Of a DNA stretch of 64,000 nucleotides, positions 58,082 through 64,000 are shown one piece after another. Position 1 is the first letter of the stretch. Every line of letters begins with the position of its first letter. The translations under genes and the position numbers were made by a program. A model generated the notes under the pieces. That model was given only the letters and a program-made list of their open reading frames with translations, searched no databases and was not told where the DNA came from. This DNA is from Clostridia bacterium (GTDB taxonomy: Bacteria; Bacillota; Clostridia; TANB77; UBA1234): positions 571,048-635,047 of the forward strand of contig JAFWYG010000005.1 of the NCBI GenBank assembly GCA_017522765.1, in the 5' to 3' direction.

Positions 58082-58537
58082 TTATATAAATTTCAACAAA
58101 ATTGTAATAACTATAAACAATATGTAATATCCCACTATAGAAAATGAAGTAATCGACTCTAACATCAAGCCCACTATTTCATATTTAAAATCTGTATTTT
58201 TGGGCTTCATATTATATATCTCGATTGTTTTTAATTTTCCTTTGTTTAAATCATTTACAAACACATTGTATTTTTGAACATATACTCGTTCTAACGCCAA
58301 ATAATACGCATCCATTAAAGCTCCAATAAAAGTTATTACTATACCAATACACCAGTATGGTTCAAAGATTTCTATAGCCGATAAAACCGTGGCATAAATT
58401 GTGTATATAACCGCAACAAGAGCTTTTGTGTTAGAACTATTAGTCGCCATACGCGAAATATTGTTTTGTAAAAATCCCAAATATGTACAGACAGATTGTT
58501 CGTTTTTGTTTTTTAAGATATTACTATATTTTTTCAT
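58082..58537 (-). CDS. Small 3-TM membrane protein (151 aa), candidate membrane effector/partner of the TIR-like gene
   Basis: TM helices ALVAVIYTIYATVLSAI, WCIGIVITFIGALMDAYYL and SFSIVGYYILFIVITILLKFI. 16-bp gap to the TIR-like gene. RBS GAGGAGG. Promoter TTGATA-17-TAAGAT upstream. Confidence 0.55.
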   Translation of the reverse strand: MKKYSNILKNKNEQSVCTYLGFLQNNISRMATNSSNTKALVAVIYTIYATVLSAIEIFEPYWCIGIVITFIGALMDAYYLALERVYVQKYNVFVNDLNKGKLKTIEIYNMKPKNTDFKYEIVGLMLESITSFSIVGYYILFIVITILLKFI

Positions 58538-58663
58538 ATTACCTCCTCACACAAAAATAAGTAGAGTTCAAAATCCCTACTTATCTTAACTTTCCATATA
58601 AATTTTATCAAAAACGAACATTCTTTCCCATGGACAAAATAAAGCAAACTCTCTGTTTTCTAA

Positions 58664-59035
58664 CTATTTTGTCGCATTTTGTGTCATTTTGTAACTTTCA
58701 AGAAGCAAATCAATATTTTCATATTTCAAAGCATCAAGCGCACCTTCCAAAATTTTTAATTTTCTATCAAAGGTTATATTCGAGCTCTGTAAAAACTTCT
58801 TAAAAATTTCTGTATATTCACTTTCACTTATTACTTTAGTTTCAAATAAATTATCTAGACTAACATTACATTCTTTCGCGATTTTTATAGCATCTTTTAT
58901 ATTCATATCTCGTTTACCATTTTCCCAACTAGATACTTTAGATCTACTTATATCTAATTTTTCTGCAAAATCTTCTTGTGTATAGTTATTTTTTCTTCTT
59001 ATTTCTCTTAGTCTGTTTATAATAGATTTTTTCAT
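58664..59035 (-). CDS. XRE-family HTH transcriptional regulator
   Basis: LREIRRKNNYTQEDFAEKLDISRSKVSSWENGKR is a Cro/CI-type HTH. Confidence 0.8.
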   Translation of the reverse strand: MKKSIINRLREIRRKNNYTQEDFAEKLDISRSKVSSWENGKRDMNIKDAIKIAKECNVSLDNLFETKVISESEYTEIFKKFLQSSNITFDRKLKILEGALDALKYENIDLLLESYKMTQNATK

Positions 59036-59178
59036 TAGCGCACCTTCTTCAAATTTTTCAATACGAATATATAACTCTAAAAAGCTCTAAAAAGCGACAA
59101 ATTTATGCAAATAAAAAAGAGACGCTTCACAGAGCTTCTCTTTTTTAACCTTCCTATTTTTATACACTTCAGCAAACC

Positions 59179-59526
59179 CTAGCAGCTCAACTTATATAAA
59201 GCATACTGATTTAAAGACACACCTTCTCTTTCAGCTTCTACAGTTAATTTATAATGTAATGACTTAGGAATTCTCACAACGAATTTGCCACTAAAATCAT
59301 CATATCCTACAGGCATAGGTATTTCTAACCCCGCTTCCAATTTTGCCTCAATCCATAACTTCATTGCTTCTTTTACATTCTCATAAGCTTCTTCAAAAGT
59401 TTCTCCTGAACTTTGACAACCATCCAATTCCAAAACACGAGCATAAAAATAAGTACCACTCTCATCTTTAATTGGTTGTACAATAAAGTTGTATGGCAAC
59501 TCTAAATACTCCTTAATTTTCTTCAT
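59179..59526 (-). CDS. hicB: HicB-family antitoxin
   Basis: N-terminal HicB/UPF0150 fold (YNFIVQPIKDESGTYFYARVLELDGCQSSGETFEEA) and a C-terminal DNA-binding tail (LNQYALYKLS). Confidence 0.75.
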   Translation of the reverse strand: MKKIKEYLELPYNFIVQPIKDESGTYFYARVLELDGCQSSGETFEEAYENVKEAMKLWIEAKLEAGLEIPMPVGYDDFSGKFVVRIPKSLHYKLTVEAEREGVSLNQYALYKLSC

Positions 59527-59583
59527 AAAAGGTCACCTCCAATAATATCTCTTATCATATAAGATACTCTAAAAGCAATTTCT

Positions 59584-59812
59584 TTATTCTCCAATTCTTT
59601 TGAGCACATCTTTAACATATACTGCTTTCAAAGGATTTTCTTCTTTTATCACAATGACATCCCCTCTCTCGTTAATAAAAACTCTGTGAGATGTTCCGTT
59701 TCTTAGCTTTCATATTATATCCATAGTGTTCCAAAACTCTTGTCAATTCTTGATACCTGATTCCATTAGGTTGTCTTTTCATTTTTAATATTAGCTTATC
59801 AACATCCGGCAT
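59584..59812 (-). pseudogene. hicA: hicA toxin gene with a +1/-1 frameshift (229 nt between ATG and stop)
   Basis: Frame 1 reads MPDVDKLILKMKRQPNGIRYQELTRVLEHYGYNMKAKKRN... and frame 2 reads ...SHRVFINERGDVIVIKEENPLKAVYVKDVLKRIGE. Together they reconstruct a HicA/YcfA-like protein with the GSH..F core. Confidence 0.45.
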
Positions 59813-59973
59813 TTATAACACTCTCCATTCTTAATATAAATACCTTCTATCGATATTTATATAGTACCATATTTAGTATCATTTGTCAAAACAAAAATGG
59901 GAGACAATTAAAGCTGTAAATTAACTCACAACTTCAATTATCCCCCATTTACATTCTACTTTTTATCTAATTT

Positions 59974-60294
59974 CTACTTCTTCCTCTTCTTCGCCTGCAT
60001 TTTCTTAAACTTAATCAAATCTAAAATCTCCGCTTTATCTTCTTTAGACAATTCTTCAAAACTTCTAGCAAAGACTAATGTTTTCTCTTTTTTCTTCTTA
60101 CCCTCCATAAGCTCTTCCATTGTGCAGTTATATATTTTCGCAAATTTAGCTAGTTCCTCTGCAGTAACTTTTCTACCATCGTTTTCAATGTTAGTTATAA
60201 TCACTCTAGAAACTTTAATCATTTTCGCAACGTCTTCTTGTGTTAAACCTTCAGCTTCTCTTATTTCTCTTAATCTTGTTCCCAAACTTTTCAT
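59974..60294 (-). CDS. XRE-family HTH transcriptional regulator
   Basis: LREIREAEGLTQEDVAKMIKVSRVIITNIENDGRKV. RBS GGGGGA before the internal ATG (MKSLG). 4 bp after the NUDIX stop. Confidence 0.75.
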   Translation of the reverse strand: MKSLGTRLREIREAEGLTQEDVAKMIKVSRVIITNIENDGRKVTAEELAKFAKIYNCTMEELMEGKKKKEKTLVFARSFEELSKEDKAEILDLIKFKKMQAKKRKK

Positions 60295-60318
60295 ATGAAT
60301 CCCCCATTTAAACAATTC

Positions 60319-60825
60319 TTACATATTTTCTAAGAACTTGCATACCTTCACAAAGCACGCAATTTGATTCGCATTTAATTCGTTTGTTTCCACCATATGA
60401 TTCAATTCATCCATCGAAAACCATCTAACCTCAGATAGTTCCTCCTCCTGGATTTGCATATCCGCAATGTCCACATCTTTATTCACAAAATACATTTTGT
60501 AGCAATCTCTGCCATCACAACCAGAATCGTATTCGATTAATGTCTCATTAGAAAAATCTAATCCCAACTCTTCTCTTACCTCTGTAATAATTCCCTCAAT
60601 TGGAGTTTCGCCAGCTTTAGGATGTCCACCAGTTACACCCCAGTCGCCACCTTTGCTCTCTACTCTCTTTTGCATAAGGAATTCCCCTTTTGAGTTTCTT
60701 ATCACAATCATAACAACCATAGGATAATACCCTTCAGGAATAGGTTCACCTTTTCTGTAAGTCTTGTCCGTTTTATTACTATTAACATCATATAAATCTC
60801 TTAATTCAGCCATACAATCCACCAT
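60319..60825 (-). CDS. NUDIX hydrolase
   Basis: GGHPKAGETPIEGIITEVREELGL Nudix box. Confidence 0.85.
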   Translation of the reverse strand: MVDCMAELRDLYDVNSNKTDKTYRKGEPIPEGYYPMVVMIVIRNSKGEFLMQKRVESKGGDWGVTGGHPKAGETPIEGIITEVREELGLDFSNETLIEYDSGCDGRDCYKMYFVNKDVDIADMQIQEEELSEVRWFSMDELNHMVETNELNANQIACFVKVCKFLENM

Positions 60826-61013
60826 CTTTCAAATCGAATTTTCGTTTCTACTGACATTATATCATCTTTGTAACATTTAGCAACATTTAATGTAATATTT
60901 TCTTACATTATTTTAGTAGATCTATTGATAAACGAATTTCATTGTTATAACATTAAGAGGTCCTCAGAACCACGGTTCTAATCCCGAGGCGAAAGGAGGA
61001 TTGAATCTACAAA

Positions 61014-61082
61014 TGATAAAACTTTCAATTAAATTTTATGTGTTGGTACTGATATACTTAATACTTAAGTTATTTGACTAAT
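61014..61082 (+). CDS. Candidate small hydrophobic peptide (22 aa; type I toxin-like)
   Basis: MIKLSIKFYVLVLIYLILKLFD. GGAGG 13 nt upstream inside a potential hairpin (cctc...gagg). Followed by a strong bidirectional terminator at 61093-61130. Confidence 0.3.
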
Positions 61083-61263
61083 ACATAAATAAAAAAAAGA
61101 CTAGTGTTGCAGCACTAGTCTTTTTTTGTCCTCTTGGACAAATCTACTAAATAAAACTTTCAATTAAAGTTTAGAAACAACTAAGTTTTCAAGCCAGCTG
61201 CCTCTTTGTAATATATATTTTATACACGAGGTAATTAAAAGTCAACAAAAAGTATACGTTTTA

Positions 61264-61476
61264 TCACCCCTTATTCATTCTTTCAACAATTTCCTTCGCT
61301 TTAGACACTTTCATCTTCTCTAATTCCCTTTTAACTTCATCAGGCTCACAAATATCGATCATAGCATGAACTGTAGCCTCAGCATCATCTAGTTGGGTAT
61401 TTTCTCCACGAAACACTTTTAATTCATATTCTGCAGATTTGGCACTATTGAACTTTTTTGTTTTTTCTAAATCCAT
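61264..61476 (-). CDS. Small acidic hypothetical protein (70 aa)
   Basis: ORF with an RBS GGAGGAAA. No motif recognised. Confidence 0.4.
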   Translation of the reverse strand: MDLEKTKKFNSAKSAEYELKVFRGENTQLDDAEATVHAMIDICEPDEVKRELEKMKVSKAKEIVERMNKG

Positions 61477-61764
61477 TAGTTTTCCTCCTTTCTCCTAAAA
61501 TTTTATAAAGATCTTTATTAATTCAAATTTAAAATACCTGATATCATTTTTTCTAGTCGACTACAAAAGAAAAATTATTATCTCTCCTTCTTATCTCGTA
61601 TATTATCTATTTTTTAAATAAAAGTAAATACAATGATACAAACATAATCGAAAATTGATCAAAATCTGATACAAATATGATACAAATAGTTTTTCGTTAA
61701 CTTTCAAAAACTATTTTCCCCAACAAAAAAGAGGCCTCTCAGCCTCTTTTATCACACATACACC

Positions 61765-62406
61765 TTATATACCATTCGCTCCATACTCCCCCTCAAACTC
61801 CACCACTATCTCACTCAACCTCTCATCCAAATACTCCATCGCTTTTGCTCTCATCTCTTCCGGTATTCCATAGTAAGCTTCGGCGATGCCGCCTGTGATT
61901 GCGCCGATTGTGTCGCTGTCGCCGCCTATAGAAATTGCATTTCGGATGGCATCTTCGAAACTTGTTGATTCTAGGAATGCGGTGATTGCTTGAGGCACGG
62001 TGCCTTGCCAACTTTCGTTGAACGCGTATCTTGGTCTTATCTCATCCAAAGTGAAGTTCATCGGATAATAGTTTGCATCTATGTAATCGTGAATTTCAGG
62101 AATCGTATGGCCTGTCCTTGCAAGATAGATTGCAACGGCTGTTGCTTCAGCGCCTTTGATACCTTAACAACCACCATAACCACAATGCGGATACAGCCTA
62201 CCGATTTCCTTCATATAGAAAATCGTTTTCTCCGACAAATCCTCAAAACCTTCTTGAGACTCGATTATAGCCTTCGCGATAGCAAGCGACATGATAGAAT
62301 CATCTGTACATTCACAATCGCTATGAAAAATCTCAAACTCTTTATTCTTATTATTTTCAAATTCAAATCTCGAACCGGCGATATCGCCGATGATTGCACC
62401 TAGCAT
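61765..62406 (-). pseudogene. ADP-ribosylglycohydrolase (ARH/DraG family) interrupted by a single in-frame TAA (plus coordinates 62164-62166)
   Basis: N-terminus MLGAIIGDIAGSRFEF (ARH signature). The two ORFs 62164..62406 and 61765..62061 are in the same frame. The sequence continues ...GIKGAEATAVAIYLARTGH...GGDSDTIGAITGGIAEAYYG (the second ARH metal-binding region). Confidence 0.65.
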
Positions 62407-62433
62407 GGGGACCTCCTTTTATGTTATTTGTTA

Positions 62434-63315
62434 TTAGATTGCACCATCAAAAGCATTCTCATGAATGTTCCGAGTAAGATATAACATGTATTCTAATTCA
62501 GCTTCATAGCAGTTATTATCATGTTTTACATTATTATTTTGATACTTAGTATAATTTTCTAATAATGTATAATACATATTTGATATTTCTTTACTTATGC
62601 CACCATCTCTCAAGAATTTCAATATTTCTTTAGCATTATTTTCTAAGCTCTTTTTATTTTTAAAAATTTCTTTCATGAGTAATTCTAAACTCAATCTTAA
62701 ATCATCAATTATATTTCTAATATCTTCTTTTTTAGCATACTTTTCTATTGCTTTTTCATATAGTGCTTTTACTTTTGGATATTCATTCAACCAATTTAAC
62801 ATATCATTTACCAAAGCATTATCTAACTCTTTTGCTCCTCTAGGATAAAGCAAATATTTTTTGGCACTTGTTTTCAAAATAACTATGTCTATACAAAACA
62901 GATCTGCAACTTCATTTATTTCCTTACAAAGTTTATTCTTTTCCGAAGCAGAAATTATATCACTTGGCATTAAAAAAATAACTTGAAGATATTTTATTAT
63001 ATTAGAAAGAGAACCTTTTTTAAAAGCTTTTCCAATGCATGTTTGTTCAAACTTTATGTAATTAGCTCCAAAGCAGTCACTCTTAACATTTCGTTGGCCA
63101 TAATCAATTTCTGTAAAAAAATCTATAGGCCTGCCATCCGAATAATCAATCCCAGTGTATTTTATAAAAATTTCTCTAAAAAAATTGTGTAGCGTAATAT
63201 TTCCAATATTATTTTCTAATATTTTCACTAGAGCATTCCTAAATTTTTCTTCGTTTTCATCATTAGTATAAGCTATATCAAATCTTTTCATTAATTCTTT
63301 TAATTCTTTTTCCAT
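62434..63315 (-). CDS. Hypothetical protein (293 aa) directly downstream of a UvrD-like helicase gene
   Basis: ORF with the RBS GGAGAA. No motif recognised. Confidence 0.5.
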   Translation of the reverse strand: MEKELKELMKRFDIAYTNDENEEKFRNALVKILENNIGNITLHNFFREIFIKYTGIDYSDGRPIDFFTEIDYGQRNVKSDCFGANYIKFEQTCIGKAFKKGSLSNIIKYLQVIFLMPSDIISASEKNKLCKEINEVADLFCIDIVILKTSAKKYLLYPRGAKELDNALVNDMLNWLNEYPKVKALYEKAIEKYAKKEDIRNIIDDLRLSLELLMKEIFKNKKSLENNAKEILKFLRDGGISKEISNMYYTLLENYTKYQNNNVKHDNNCYEAELEYMLYLTRNIHENAFDGAI

Positions 63316-63369
63316 ATTTTTTCTATTCTCCCTATATAATCAAAGTTTTATCTAACTTTTATTGTGTGA

Positions 63370-64000
63370 CTATAACAAACCATTTTTTATTCCAAAAACA
63401 TTTTTTTCATCATCTACAACAAAAGTCAAACTATTAACAGCTCTGGTCATTCCAACATATAATTTATTTTTTGTTCCTGAATTTAAAGTTGCTTTTCCTT
63501 TAGATATGTAGTTTTTCAAATCATTTGTTGGATACAACAATACTCTATCATACGTTGCACCCTTTGATTTTCCCATAGTTATCGCACATGACAACTTACT
63601 AACATTTGTTCTAGAATCATATATAATTTGAACAGGTCTATATTTATTTATATATTCTTCAATCTGTTCTTTTCTTATTATGAATACCCCCTGATGACTG
63701 TTTTCTTCAATATCATTACATTCCATAGGAGGATATTCGGCATAAAATTTATTTACAAATTCAATAATATCCTTATGACATCTATAACATTTATTTAATG
63801 TCGTATTATCAATATCACACTCAACGGCTTTGCATTCTTTGCGTATATATTCTTCCACATTTCCGTTTGAATATTGTCTGTTTTTTTGCTCATAATGTGT
63901 TTTATAAATTGTTTGTCTCGGATCACCAACCAAAACAACTTCTTCTGCACTGCTCATAAGTTTTTTTATAAACTCCAAATCATAACCAGCCATATCTTGA
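63370..64000 (-). CDS. UvrD/PcrA-like superfamily 1 helicase, C-terminal part (the gene starts beyond the window end)
   Basis: Helicase motifs VVLVGDPRQTIY (motif III-like), CYRCHKDI (IV), ITMGKSKGATYDRV (V) and YVGMTRA (VI). Confidence 0.7.
   Translation of the reverse strand, partial: QDMAGYDLEFIKKLMSSAEEVVLVGDPRQTIYKTHYEQKNRQYSNGNVEEYIRKECKAVECDIDNTTLNKCYRCHKDIIEFVNKFYAEYPPMECNDIEENSHQGVFIIRKEQIEEYINKYRPVQIIYDSRTNVSKLSCAITMGKSKGATYDRVLLYPTNDLKNYISKGKATLNSGTKNKLYVGMTRAVNSLTFVVDDEKNVFGIKNGLL

Noticed and set aside
60961-60992. tRNA-like fragment (GGTTCtAATCC resembles a T-loop)
   Set aside because: No acceptor or anticodon arms can be folded around it. It is more likely part of the leader hairpin of the small peptide ORF.
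1-64000. CRISPR arrays, rRNA, integrase/transposase genes
   Set aside because: No regularly spaced direct repeats, no rRNA-like conserved stretches, and no recombinase-like ORF were seen. The accessory islands therefore lack an identifiable mobility gene within this window.

Overview
This 64 kb window is a low-GC (about 28-30% GC) Firmicutes, Clostridia-like chromosomal segment, coded almost entirely on the minus strand. No rRNA, tRNA or CRISPR array was seen. The window has four parts. (1) Housekeeping core: a type IV pilus cluster at 1-6397, then ileS, gltX, rnj, smpB, the infC-rpmI-rplT operon, maf, spoIID, hpt, a flotillin and a DUF368 protein. (2) A cell-wall glycosylation cluster at 9.9-17.4 kb with a Wzx flippase, an LtaS-like transferase and three GT2 glycosyltransferases. 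(3) Several short islets of clearly higher GC (42-53%) at about 21.4-21.8 kb, 27.9-29.8 kb, 40.0-42.8 kb and 43.5-47.8 kb. They carry a P-loop-CYTH fusion, a metallophosphoesterase, a thymidylate-kinase-like gene, a translationally coupled paralog pair and a gene bracketed by two copies of a 105-bp promoter-operator element. (4) A very AT-rich accessory/defence-like island from about 47.9 kb to the window end. It starts with a 1940-aa protein that has three tandem SpoVK/CbbX-type AAA+ modules and a C-terminal FtsH-type M41 peptidase. Downstream sits an XRE-regulated gene string of a 3TM membrane protein, a ThsB-like TIR (DUF1863-type) protein and an OLD-family ATPase-TOPRIM nuclease, which is the most interesting candidate system. 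The island also holds a hicAB pair with frameshifted hicA, a NUDIX-XRE pair, a candidate type I toxin peptide, an ADP-ribosylglycohydrolase interrupted by an in-frame TAA, and the C-terminus of a UvrD-like helicase at the window edge. Two intergenic repeat families with hairpin structure were also found. All calls rest on motif recognition by eye in the supplied ORF translations and the sequence; no database search was run.
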